A DNA stretch of 64,000 nucleotides, taken from Minutocellus sp. GHC0000111. Its lineage: Eukaryota. Below the pieces are notes generated by a model. It did not search any database. It saw nothing but the letters and a program-made list of their open reading frames with translations, and had not been told where the DNA came from. Made by a program: the position numbers and the translations under genes. Shown here in pieces: positions 23,076 through 34,381 of this stretch (position 1 is its first letter; every line of letters begins with the position of its first letter). The DNA lies in assembly GCA_977018835.1 (NCBI GenBank), contig OZ361256.1, forward strand, positions 6,758,001-6,822,000, read 5' to 3'.

Positions 23076-26000
23076 CTAGCGAGCACAATGGCCATCTCCG
23101 TGGCAGTAATGAGAGCAGCAATCGCTGTTCGTACTGCAGGCTACACCTTCGGCAGAGCAGTCGGCATTGTCCTCAAGTATGTCGACGAATTTCCACCTGT
23201 AATCAACATTGGTAAAGATGTAATCTTTTGTACCCTTGGGAGATGCACCCAATTTATCACAATTGGTGCCTCCGTGATACAAGCTCCGGCCATTCTCGGC
23301 ATTCCGAATGAGAACACAGTCATCACCGACCGAATTAGTGCAGGGCACACTTTTGAAGTACCAGAATCTGGTATCGTAGTCTCCGCTCCAGGCCTTGATG
23401 CCATTCGTCCAGGATTGACTAGTCTTCGCATTGAGACGAAGATTGTTGGACTGTTCCCAGAGCAGTTCATAGCAGGGAACGGTCAATTTGTTCCAATGGT
23501 AATGGCCAAGGTCAGATCGGCATGCGACTTTCTTGAGAGTTACCTCAATCTCGCCGATCGGCTCGGGAGAAAGTCGCATGCCCCTCTTTTTGTCCGATTT
23601 AACATAGAGGTACTTCTCGCAATTGTCGCTGCGAATCCTCACTTTGCGGGCAGGGTTCCAGGTTGGGGCAGATGAGATAGAAGGGGTTGAGCTGGGAACG
23701 GACGTAGGCTCAAGAGTTGTAAACGTGAAGGAATTCTCGTCGGCGTAATCACCACACTTGGGAGCCCTGAAAGCAGAGATAGAAACAGATTGGGCAACCA
23801 CCTCGATGCCATTGTCATCATAAAATTGTCCATGATAGTTACCGGAGGGGAGAACCATGCGGAATTTGTCGTAATCGGTGTCAAGATAGTAAGCGTAGGT
23901 GATATTGCCCTGAGAAAGAACGAGCTTGGTGGCACTAGAAATACCAGGGCTAATATGGAAGAATCGAAGACAAACGTTCTTGCAGAAGGCGTTGCACTGG
24001 GTACCATCGGACCAGGTGCCTCCATATGGGAGAGGTTCGCAGGCATCGGCAGGGAGAAATGCCTTCATGTGGCCAGAGTTCCCCAAGATGAAGCCAGGTT
24101 CGGAACCCATGGAGGCCGGGCCAAGTCCTCCACCAACGTCTTCCAAAAAGACATATTTTTCCTTCGAACTACAGCCAAAGGATGGGTTGGCTTTTTCGAC
24201 ACTGTCGGTTATGGTCACCGAGGCTTGGATGGGATTTCCCATACCTCTTGCATCTTGGCGGTTGTCAAAGTACGGGCGGATGACCGTACTGCCGCAGGTG
24301 AATCTCTCCATGACAACATTGTCAAGGTCAATGGCCTTCGGAGTCGTGCCGTGAGGGTAGTTATTGTATGAGGCGTAAATGCCGGACGAAGTAGCAGGGC
24401 AACTCAATCCGTTGCGAAGTTTGGCGTCATTTGAAAGGGCAATAATCTTGCTATCCCTCAAAGTAACGCCACCGTTCCACACACCGTATCGAATGCTAAC
24501 CTTGTTGTCCGCGAAGAAGGAGTTTTGGATGGTGAGAGTGCTCGTGATATGGAAATTTAAGCCACTTTCTCCGTTGTTCTTGTAAATCTTGATGTTGTCG
24601 AAGACGGCGGGTTCGGATGGTTTCCATCCTGGCTTGTATGTCGTCATTCCATTGCTTTTGGCAGAATGGGCAACATTGTCGCGGAAAGATGAGACGGGCG
24701 TAGTCGAAAGCATAGGCACTTTGGAGTCTTTCATCTCGAACCACCAACCGACGGACTCGGACCCAGCGGCAACATTTCCGTAGAACTCATTCTTCATGTT
24801 TCGAACCCAGAACGTCGCGGCAATATGCTTGCCGTGGAAGCCGGGCGAGTCAGATTGGCCGTTCGAAAACTGGAGCTTGCGAGTCTTGGCTCCAAGATTG
24901 TTGGAGAAGACATTCTGCTCTTCTAGGCCAGTCTCAGTAACATAGCAGTGACCACTGGTATCGTGGGCGACATTATTGTCGACGGTGACTCCGTTGGTGT
25001 TGTGGACAACGATACAGCGTTGGTTCGACTGGACAATGACATTGTCAGAAACGATGGAAGGTGAATCGTCCGATAGATGAAAGTGTACGGGATAGCGACC
25101 TGAGGACAAAGTGTAACAATAAGAATAGGAGGAAGGGGGGGGGTGGTGTCAGTATCAACGTGTTCTACTATCCCAGTGCAATCCACACAACATATTAGGT
25201 ACAAAAGTACTCACCAAGGACCCCACCCTTTCCAAAGTTTACAAATCGGACGCCCGAAATGACCTGAGATACTCCGGGGGTGTGATACACAATGAGATGG
25301 ACGCCAATATGAGGGGCCTCGATATTGTCCTCCTGAGCCTGGAAGAGGACGGATCGGGACATGACGGCGATCTCGACGGCCAGTTCCGGTTCTCCGGGCC
25401 CATCTAGACCGGGAAGGGATCTGGTGATGGTCGTGTCAAGGGTGAGGATGCCGGTGGCGACATCGACCGAGGCGACAGTGCGAGTAAAGCTGTCCCACCA
25501 GCTGGACGAGTCGGATGTTACCATGAGACTGTCGCCGGGCTTGATGCACCCCGCAAAGGCCGGGTCGACCTTGAGTTCGGTCTGGGATATCTTGGCCACG
25601 AGACGGGTCCATGAGGCACACGTACCGGCGCCGCGTCCAGCCTCAACGTTGAGCTTGCCACCGGCAACGACGATGGGCTTGCTCCCGAGGTTCTGCCTGG
25701 CAGTGCACGAGCTCGAATACTCTCCTCCACACATGCCGTGGGGGTACAGGTACTGATCTTCTACCCCAAAGAGGGAGATGGTGACGGAATTGCCTGGGGC
25801 TGGCTCCGTCATATCGAGACGGCCCTGAACAAAGACTGCCGTGGTGTTGATGGTAATGCTGGCCGTTGGGGGGAAGTGCAGCCTGCCCACGACGTCCAGA
25901 CCTCCCGGCAGGGTGACGGTGGTCCCATCGTTGTAATCGACCGTGACGCACTGACCGCAGGGGATGACGAGCGGTGCCATGACCGTGGTGCCATTGCTTG

Positions 26001-26571
26001 CAGTAGAGCCAATGTACTCCTCCACGAGACTTTTGAAGCTGACGGCAGAAGTCAAACATAAATCGTCATTATCGATGGCGGTATCGACGTTGTATTGCAG
26101 CGGAGAGTACATGGGATGACCCTCCATGAGGTCGCGACCGCGACGCTGACGAATTTCTTCCTCCGGCAGATCTTCACCATCACCAGACTCAAGCCAATCC
26201 ACGTCGGCCATCTCGTCATCGTCAAAGACATCGTAGTCGGGCCAGGGGTCATTCATGTCCCCATCTCCTTCATTGGCATCGGCAAAGTCGTGATCGGCTA
26301 CCTCGTCATCGTCAAAGACATCGGCATCTTCCTCGATCCAGTCGAGGGCACGGCCGGTGTATTCGTACTCATCTGCATCGGCTGCAGCAGAGACTTCGGC
26401 GGACAATCCACGGAGCCTCGGACGTTGCGTGGTGGTTACCCCGTCATCGTACACAATTTCGTGGTCACGCTTGCTGGTTTCGACGGCGGCCGCTGCCGCA
26501 GCTCTTGACGTGGAGCAGACGACGACGAAGCTGGCCAGCACGGCAACGATCGAGGCGCGAATGGAGAGCAT
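23076..26571 (-). CDS. Secreted G8-domain/beta-helix protein (CEMIP/TMEM2/fibrocystin-like) with a C-terminal Cys-rich knottin-like tail; intron 25214-25100
   Basis: Signal peptide; VIPCGQCV..GLDVVGRLHF; spliced VLG|RYPVHFH; SNQRCIVVH, GHCY and GNVAAGS motifs; PTSVPS linker; ends in CSAEGVACSTNSDCCSHYCHGDGHC. Confidence 0.85.
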
Positions 26572-27139
26572 TCTTGAAGTAGGATGTGACGACAAGGATG
26601 GACGAACTACTTTTTTGTTCGTATTGCCCATCGGCGTATCTTGTGGCTTGTCGCTTCGTCAACAATGCATGCTACACTACACTGAGCCAGGAAGAATGCC
26701 CCACATGGTGATCAAAAAAGAGGGCAGAATTTAGTCCACAATGACCCGGCCGGTTGAAGAGAACTGCGAACAGCAGGGGCTGATGTCTCGTGTGACGGAA
26801 CGGGTAGAAATGAGGGTAAATCGCAGCTCTCACTCGGTCTTTCCGCCTTCGTCCATCGTTGGTCTGTCCGCCGCAGCAGCGCCTACTATCTATGGCGTAT
26901 GTGGCGTGGCTGGCCTTTCATCAACCGGGAGATACCGAGATACTAGCTAGTAGTACGAACAGCGGTATTGCTGCAATTGGAAGGCATCAAACGACTTCTT
27001 GTCACATCGCTATCTTCTAGTTTGACACAGAGTCAAAGTTTGCAGGTCCTGCGCTCTCTCTGTACTCTTGATCTATCTTCGGCCCTTCATCTGCGTCGGC
27101 CCGTTTTACTGACTTGCCTGACCAGCTCGGCGACCCAAT

Positions 27140-28214
27140 ATGTACTCCGGTGACTACTCAGACGACGACTACTACGACGACGATTATGACTCGTATGGTG
27201 ATGAATACGACCCCGTGAGGCATATGGCTGAAGACCCCATCCACTTTCAGATGTATGGCTACGGCGGTTTCGGCTACGACACCTCTCACGTCCCAAAAGA
27301 TGAGCCCGACACTTTGCGGGCATGATCAGATCGTACAGTACCTTCTCGAGCAGGGAGCGGACCCTACACTGGTTGGTTGTCCGAGTGAGGATTGTCACTG
27401 GGATGCGCATCGTTGTGCTGAGGCAAGAGTCCAAATGGAAGAGAGCCGTTGCTCGGAGCATCCTAAATTTGCCAGGGCCCTCATGAGTGGGAAGCGTTGC
27501 ATTGATCTGCTCAATGCCGCGAAGATATTTTGGATGCCTGCACCCTACAAGGGATCACGGTATGACAAGAATGCACGTAACGAATTCACAAACAAACCAA
27601 CAAACATATCGGGGCTCCTTGGTGCGCTTAGCGCAATACCGGCGTTGCCGGGGGATGAATGTAGTGCGGCGCAAGCCAGAAAGAAGAAGCCAGCTGCTCC
27701 CAGCACATCAAGTGCCCCCTCAAACGGTCCTACTATGAAACATATTTGTTCGCAGTGCAAAGAGCAGAAATCCAAGTCAGAATTCTCCAAGAACCAGTGG
27801 TCCAAGGGCTCATACGGGGGAAAGTGCAAGAACTGCATTGACTCCACGAAAAAGCCAGCTGCAGCAACCGTCTCAACCCCAGCTGCTTCCAATCCCGTGC
27901 AGAGAAAGTTAGACGAGGAAAGGAGAGAAGAGGAAGAATTGGGCAAAATGTACGATAGGCTCACGGTAATGAGCGCCAGTACAGTCCTTCATTTGACGAA
28001 GCTGTCCTCCGAAATTGAAGAAATTGCAGACAGATCAAAAGCAAGCTACAAATGTTCGGACGCTCTGCGTGATTCCCTGGAAACACTCCAAACAGCAATG
28101 AAGGCTGCAGAGTTTCAGCTCAGTGCAGTTAGCGGCATGGTCCATACTACTGCCATCATTGCCGAGAGAGACGGACGGACCAAGCCGAGTGAGGGGAAAT
28201 CTAACCGGAAGTAG
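27140..28214 (+). CDS. Protein with a partial ankyrin repeat and an Stc1-like CxxC..CxxC zinc module; frameshift or deletion near 27310
   Basis: GHDQIVQYLLEQGADP and CSQCKEQKSKSEFSKNQWSK..KCKNC; the acidic N-terminus from ATG 27140 is in another frame. Confidence 0.6.
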
Positions 28215-28334
28215 GAATAGTTTAATTTACTATTCCGTAGATATACGAATCTCTAATGTAGAAAGATCTACGATACATTTTCTACGAGCATCATAGTTTG
28301 CTTGTTTGCTCTGTTGTTGGAAGATTTTATTATT

Positions 28335-28694
28335 TTACAGCTGCCACAACCCAGACTCAATTCCACCCTGGATGAATATGGCGCACGTCCCACGGACATT
28401 CTGACCCTGGATCTCCATCGGCGGCACGGCAATCGTGGCTCCCGCCTTCTCTGCCACCTCGATAGCCGCCTTGATGTCATCGACGAGAACATACGGCCGG
28501 AAACGGGCGTTTCATCCTCTCGCATCGGTGGCCGTATGCCAACCCAACCGCCACCATCGGCCAAGGTTGCTGTGCGAGCACCTCCCAACATTGGATCACC
28601 ACCACAGAACGAACGTCACGTCGTGCAACTTTGAGTACGTCGCGACGACCTTGTCTACGTCTGGCGTTACAATTTCGAGGTAGTGGACCTTCAT
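28335..28694 (-). CDS. Small VOC/glyoxalase-family protein (~118 aa), bacterial-like; two compensating frameshifts
   Basis: Reconstructed as MKVHYLEIVTPDVDKVVATYSKLHDVTF/CGGDPMLGGARTATLADGGGWVGIRPPMREDETPV/RPYVLVDDIKAAIEVAEKAGATIAVPPMEIQGQNVRGTCAIFIQGGIESGLWQL*. Confidence 0.8.
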
Positions 28695-28953
28695 CTTCGC
28701 GTTGTCTATGATTTGTGGAGTTGCAATATGGCTTATTTGTGAACCAACAGAGCAAGCGATTAGTCGACGCGCCAATCGTTCCAGAGGTCAGGCGGCCAGG
28801 CGGCAGCGAAAGTAGCAAGATCGGTTTTGGAAGATCTGGAACGCAGAGGGGCCAAACTGTCCGAGCGGACGACGGACAGAGCGATCGGCATAAGATAAGA
28901 TGTGTTGAAAACTACAACCAGCAAGATACGACGTCAAAGCAAAGCCAAGCAAG

Positions 28954-30363
28954 ATGAGTTCTCCTGGCACCGCCTCAAAGTTGCCAGCATCTGATGCTAA
29001 TGCGCGGACAAAAGACGACGAAGAAGACATTGCCGATCTCATCTCGGCCCACCGATATCGGCTGTCTCTGACGCCACCCCGTCAGTCCAGCTTTCGCGTG
29101 GTGGCCATCCTCTTTTATGAGCTGTCCGATGACGACAATAACGATGGTAATTACCACGACATCAACGGTAAACCACCTCGCAACTTCGTCGTCGGAACCA
29201 ACGACGAGCCCTGCACCATCTCCGGATCCCTCTGCGCCGAGCGCGCGGCCCTGCTCCAATTGCGCTTTGTGCCCAATCTCCGCCGAATTACCAAGGTGGT
29301 AATCGTTACCGATTCGCCGCAGCCCATATCACCTGGAATGCTTTGTCGGGAATTCATGAGCAGCCATCCAGTGATTGACCCGATGAAGTTGGAGATTGTG
29401 CTGGGTTCGGCCGTTTGTGGATGCTGCGGGCTGGACCACCTGGTCGGTCCTGATGTTGGGCAATCTTCGTTGGATGATTTGGAGGGTCGGTGCTGCTCTG
29501 GAAGTGCAGCTGCTACTGAGCATGCGAGACACGACTTTCGTCGTACCCGTACCACACTTGCCGAGCTGTATCCGCACCCATCGCCCTACGTTCGCTTGAC
29601 AGCAGCCGAAGCGGAAGAGGTCGGTTCGGCATATGCTCAGAGGTTGGCATCAACTATCGAAAAGGAAACTCTCATCCAGAGCCTCGTATCGAGGGGTCGA
29701 TTTGCCGCCGATGACGTGGTCCAAGAAGATCTCGACCGAGATATGCACGGTGGCCTCTACCGATCTGGCAGCGCCGAGGAGGCGCCGTCAACGTCATCCT
29801 CAAAAGAGAATGCTGACGAAGTACTTGTCTGTATCGATGGTGATATGGGCGAGGAGGAAGAGATGCCAATGGTCCGACGAAGGCAGCGCAAGATGTACCT
29901 ACCCAAGTTCGATGCCGCGAGATACCTGTTGCATTTGGCTCGAAAGGCGTCAGAGAGAGACTCTCGAACGGCTCTCCATCCACTGCAATATGGTGCCGTC
30001 GTCCTATTTTCCGATGGATCGACGTCGGTGGCATATCAAAAGAAGGCTCTCGAGTATGGCTGCTCTCTTGACGCTGTTTGTCAGCTTGCCCAGGCCATCG
30101 AAGACAAGGGCAGGGAGCCCAGTGCTCCTCGTCCCGTCTTGCTGGCCCAAGCCGATCAGTTTGGAGTTCTTCATGCTCCGTTTGCTCCTGGTCGAGCCTA
30201 TCTGAGTGAGCATGGGTATGGCAATTGCGAGATTGCTATTCACGATGAGCCTCTGGAGAAAGCCGAAAGTGGAGAAGACTCATCCATACTAGTAAGTCTG
30301 GTTGCGGTGAAGGATCTGACTCCCAGTGCACCTGATATTTGGGCGGACCAGGGGGATGAATAG
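28954..30363 (+). CDS. Cytidine-deaminase-fold protein with two deaminase-like halves
   Basis: SSFRVVA, GTNDE, SLCAERAAL and ISPGMLCREF; second half YGAVVLFSDG..LEYGCSLDAV..PFAPGRAYLSE. Confidence 0.75.
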   Translation: MSSPGTASKLPASDANARTKDDEEDIADLISAHRYRLSLTPPRQSSFRVVAILFYELSDDDNNDGNYHDINGKPPRNFVVGTNDEPCTISGSLCAERAALLQLRFVPNLRRITKVVIVTDSPQPISPGMLCREFMSSHPVIDPMKLEIVLGSAVCGCCGLDHLVGPDVGQSSLDDLEGRCCSGSAAATEHARHDFRRTRTTLAELYPHPSPYVRLTAAEAEEVGSAYAQRLASTIEKETLIQSLVSRGRFAADDVVQEDLDRDMHGGLYRSGSAEEAPSTSSSKENADEVLVCIDGDMGEEEEMPMVRRRQRKMYLPKFDAARYLLHLARKASERDSRTALHPLQYGAVVLFSDGSTSVAYQKKALEYGCSLDAVCQLAQAIEDKGREPSAPRPVLLAQADQFGVLHAPFAPGRAYLSEHGYGNCEIAIHDEPLEKAESGEDSSILVSLVAVKDLTPSAPDIWADQGDE

Positions 30364-30418
30364 CTCTAGAATGGTTGGATTTGAGATTGAGCTTATGGTT
30401 ATCATCGAACGGCCTTGT

Positions 30419-31933
30419 CTAAACGCCCATCTCGACAACTTCTTCAATAGTGGCCAGGCGCTCTTCCAGCTGACCAATGGACTGACGAAGGCCCTCATTT
30501 TCATCCTTGAGCACCTTGATGGACTCAACAAGGAGCGGGACGGACCGAGCATACTGAACTCCCATGTATCCTTCTTCATCGAAGAAGCTAACGAGATCTG
30601 GGAAGGCATCGAGGACGTCCTGAGCGAGGAATCCAATCTGACGACGTCTAGGAGATGGAGGCGCCATGCCCATTGACATGAGATCGTGCGCCAGAGCATC
30701 GCGATACGGATCCGGTTCCGTGACACGAGGATCCTTGAGCTCGTACGACACTGCTCGGAGACTCGTCAGGGCCTCGATGATATCGGCGCCATCACCGACA
30801 CTCTCAATGTTGGTCTTGAGTCTCACATCGCTTGCATCGATGTAGGGACCGGTGCCCAGAACAGATCCCGCGACGGAGAGGCCGCTATGGAAGAGGACGT
30901 TGCCCTCCACATTCAGATCACCGGCAACATCCACACCACCAGCAACAGTTGCAGCCTCGATTTGATTCAGAGTACCACCCTCAACCTGAGCATTGAGGAT
31001 CCGACCCTGCTGCTGAACGCGCTGGCCCGTCGCCTGGTCTTCCTGGGGAATTCCTCGGAAGTTGACGGTACCTGATACCTTGGCATCTTGCAACCACCCG
31101 CCATCGTCCATCGTGATGGATCCCCGTTTGATGTTGCCATCGTCCTCTAACAACATGATGGCATCGGCTCGTCCCTTCTGACTGCTACTGCCGCCATCCT
31201 CTTGAAGAGTAATTGATTCTGCCTGGACAGAGCGGACGTTGACATCGATCGAGTCGCCATCAATGGATCCACTGGAGATGACGGCATTCTCGATCTGGTG
31301 GTTGGTCATGTCGATGGACCCATCCACACGAACGTTGCGTTGAAGGAGCAGATCGTTCTGATCGATGAGGATGGCATCTTGGCCGACCAATTCGCCGTCG
31401 GCACTGACTCCCGCAAGGGCACCTCGATCACTCTTGCGGCTGGTATCGTCTGTAGCCAGGCTGCTCACCTTGAGCGTGTCCATGACCACGTCCTCTAGGG
31501 TCAGGTCGGTCACCGTGGCGTTGCGAATGGCCACATCCGCGAGGATGCTGTCCGAGATGTGAACTTGGCTTAGCTTGGTGTCCGGCTCGACGACAAAGTC
31601 GCGAAGTGCGTGGCCGTTGAGGCGTAGATCGTTGTGGACCTCGACGCCAGTAGGAGAGAACGAGGCCAGACCCGGCACCTTGAGGACGTTGTCGTCGAAG
31701 CGTAGCTGCTTGACGGCCGTCACACCACCGTCAGAGGAGATAATAGCAATACGCTCGCCGCGGCCGACAGAGGAATCTTGAGCGGAGACGATTCCGAGGG
31801 ACTCGACATTCAAGGGCGGTAGCACGGTTTCAAAGGTTGATGAGAGCATATGTTCCATATCATCGCAATCGCACGTCTTGGCGCCACCGGCGGTGGCAGC
31901 AGCGACGGTGCAGAGGAACAGAAGGAGCTGCAT
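30419..31933 (-). CDS. Secreted beta-strand-rich protein with a C-terminal peptidase S74 (intramolecular chaperone) domain and coiled coil
   Basis: Signal peptide MQLLLFLCTVAAATAGG; ASDVRLKTNI, IGFLAQDV..FPDLV and VQYARSVPLLVESIKVL, followed by heptads. Confidence 0.85.
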   Translation of the reverse strand: MQLLLFLCTVAAATAGGAKTCDCDDMEHMLSSTFETVLPPLNVESLGIVSAQDSSVGRGERIAIISSDGGVTAVKQLRFDDNVLKVPGLASFSPTGVEVHNDLRLNGHALRDFVVEPDTKLSQVHISDSILADVAIRNATVTDLTLEDVVMDTLKVSSLATDDTSRKSDRGALAGVSADGELVGQDAILIDQNDLLLQRNVRVDGSIDMTNHQIENAVISSGSIDGDSIDVNVRSVQAESITLQEDGGSSSQKGRADAIMLLEDDGNIKRGSITMDDGGWLQDAKVSGTVNFRGIPQEDQATGQRVQQQGRILNAQVEGGTLNQIEAATVAGGVDVAGDLNVEGNVLFHSGLSVAGSVLGTGPYIDASDVRLKTNIESVGDGADIIEALTSLRAVSYELKDPRVTEPDPYRDALAHDLMSMGMAPPSPRRRQIGFLAQDVLDAFPDLVSFFDEEGYMGVQYARSVPLLVESIKVLKDENEGLRQSIGQLEERLATIEEVVEMGV

Positions 31934-32047
31934 GTTGGTGGTGTGATTTTGAAAAGTGTGAATTGGCCATAGACCGCCATGGCTCACCTTTTTCAAATAA
32001 TTATTTTACTTCAAAATCGAACCATTTCATTTAATTCCAAGCCGATC

Positions 32048-33691
32048 ATGATGGAGGCTTCTGACGACGAAGAGGACGAGGAGGCAGCAGCTCTCTTTCA
32101 AGAGATGCTCAACAACATTTCCCTGGAAGACGCTCACAGCGGCGACGAGGATGAGGCGGCAGCGCTCTTCCAAGAGATGCTCAACAAAATTTCCTTCGAG
32201 GACACTTATGGTGACGATGGCAGCGCCGATAACGATCCTTTCCGCCTCTTAGACGATTCCCTCCTGGACGAAGACGCGCCAACCAACCTTCCATATCAGC
32301 CTGCGTTTTTGAATATCCAGCTCATGGGATGTCGAAAGATGGCTGCGGCACTCGAGATGGTTCACAAACTTCGGTCGCTATCCCGGTGGTCGTCATTCAT
32401 GGAGAAACAGCGTAGAGACGAATCTATGGCGCTGGCCCACCACAACAACTGTTTGAGCCGCACGATACTACGCCAATGGCAACAGACCACGAGTCAAAGA
32501 ATCCACCGACGAAAGTCTGCCCTCAAATCAATGGAGTCCTGCCGACGACAGCACCTCCTACGGTCTGCCTTCGCTTCTTTGGTCCTCCACAAGAACAGGT
32601 GCATCCTTGCTGACTCCCTTCGCACCATAATCTTTCGATGCAAGACGAAGACTGCCATCCAGCGTTGGCATCGGCGGACCAAGCTCAAGAGGATCTGTGC
32701 GATGCTGGAGGCCAAACTCGTGAGCCATGGTCTATCCACATGGCGAAGAGCAGTACTCCAGGCGAAGGTGCAGGGCCAATTTCCCACCACTCCATCAACA
32801 CCCGTTTCTCATTCATCCGGGGCTGATGTTGAAGACTCCCCGCCCCCGCCGCCACCTCCGCCACCACCTCCCTTGCCTGCAATTCCTATCAACGATGACG
32901 ACAAAGGCTCGGTCTTCTGTCTCTCTACTAGCGTTTCCACTGCACCGTCTGTGACCTCCTCCAACGAAGGAAAGGAAAATATCCCTGACCTCCAACGGAA
33001 TATCCGCAAGACGAAAGTGATCGTCACGAAGAGAAAGCCCAAACTGCTGATTGACATGGAGGAGCGGCAGGCGGCGAGGCTGAAGCGTCGCCAAGAAGCA
33101 CGGGAGAGAAAAGAACGTGACCTCTTTGCCAAGAAGGAAGCCGAAGAAAGGGCAAGATTAGACGAGGAGAAGAGGAGGCAGATCCTCATTGATCAGCGCC
33201 GCCTTGCAACGGAAATGTCGAAGCTTCACCGTACAGTCTCCCTCATGAAGCGGCACCTTCATCACTGGAAGGATGTATCGGTTGTCAAGAATGAGTGGGA
33301 TACTCGTAAGGCCTATCTGCTATGGAGTGACACTGTCCTTAGTCGAGGCTTTGTTGGGTGGAGGGCGGTAACTGCCGCTGCTCAGAAAGAACGGAGTCAA
33401 TTAGCAGATACCCACTATCTCAAGCGTCCATTTGCTGGTTGGAGAGATCGCACTCATCACGTCAAAACCAACCTTGGCCAACGCGTCGGTGAAATTAGCA
33501 CCCACCATTGCAAGAAGCGAGCTCTCGAGCAATGGTCGGCCCAGCACTATAAAGTGTCGAAGGAACTATCGAGGCTGGAACGAATTGCCATGACCCTAAC
33601 CCTAGCGAGCGAGAGCTTCTGCCCTGCGATTCGCTCTTGCGGGGTGGCGCGATGCCTCGGCCATGCAGCGGACCGAACGAGAAATCGATGA
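32048..33691 (+). CDS. Sfi1-like-repeat/coiled-coil protein (possible centrin-binding, basal-body-associated); 3' end probably frameshifted
   Basis: Recurrent helical repeats ending in W (ILRQW, AIQRW, GLSTW, GFVGW, PFAGW, ALEQW), a poly-Pro tract and a charged coiled coil. Confidence 0.5.
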   Translation: MMEASDDEEDEEAAALFQEMLNNISLEDAHSGDEDEAAALFQEMLNKISFEDTYGDDGSADNDPFRLLDDSLLDEDAPTNLPYQPAFLNIQLMGCRKMAAALEMVHKLRSLSRWSSFMEKQRRDESMALAHHNNCLSRTILRQWQQTTSQRIHRRKSALKSMESCRRQHLLRSAFASLVLHKNRCILADSLRTIIFRCKTKTAIQRWHRRTKLKRICAMLEAKLVSHGLSTWRRAVLQAKVQGQFPTTPSTPVSHSSGADVEDSPPPPPPPPPPPLPAIPINDDDKGSVFCLSTSVSTAPSVTSSNEGKENIPDLQRNIRKTKVIVTKRKPKLLIDMEERQAARLKRRQEARERKERDLFAKKEAEERARLDEEKRRQILIDQRRLATEMSKLHRTVSLMKRHLHHWKDVSVVKNEWDTRKAYLLWSDTVLSRGFVGWRAVTAAAQKERSQLADTHYLKRPFAGWRDRTHHVKTNLGQRVGEISTHHCKKRALEQWSAQHYKVSKELSRLERIAMTLTLASESFCPAIRSCGVARCLGHAADRTRNR

Positions 33692-34381
33692 GCGAGTCCA
33701 AACCCAGAAGCGAGAGATTTCCATGTGGCTTGATGCAGCATTCTAATTGAACTAAGAAGTAATGATTCAAATCAGCTCTTTGTTCTAATCGTTACCGAGC
33801 TATATTGGCGTATGATCTTCCTTCCCCATGACCACAAATTCTCTAAAAAATATTTACATGCATGGTTTGGGCCGAAGAATACAGATCATACTCGACATTG
33901 GGCGCACTGTCCCATGAGCGAAAGGGCGGTTGTTGTTATGGAAGATAGGCGTTATCTTCTCCGTGGTAAGCCGCGTCAGACCGATCGCTTTCTCAGGGAT
34001 GTGCTTGGGTGTGGTAGGTGTTCTTGTTTGTAGAGCTCTTTACACGAATTTTGCCTCGATCCTTTTCGAAGGCTGCTGTTGCTTGCAATTTGTTGTAGCG
34101 TAGTATTTGTTGGTACAGATATTATGAAACATGCAAAGATGGCTCTCAAACAGATGATGGTGATGATGAATGATTGTGTGATTGTGTGCGTGAAATATTG
34201 ACAAATGACGGATGAATGGATGGATGACTATTGAAACGTGACAGTGAATTGTTGGAAGTTGGAAATACATTTGGATGGGATCCGTGCCGTAGAGCATACA
34301 AAGGACTTCTCAATGGTTCCCCCGGGGTTGTGTGATCTATGAATAAAAATAGAGAAGTTCCTTGCTGGTCGTTGACGGATT

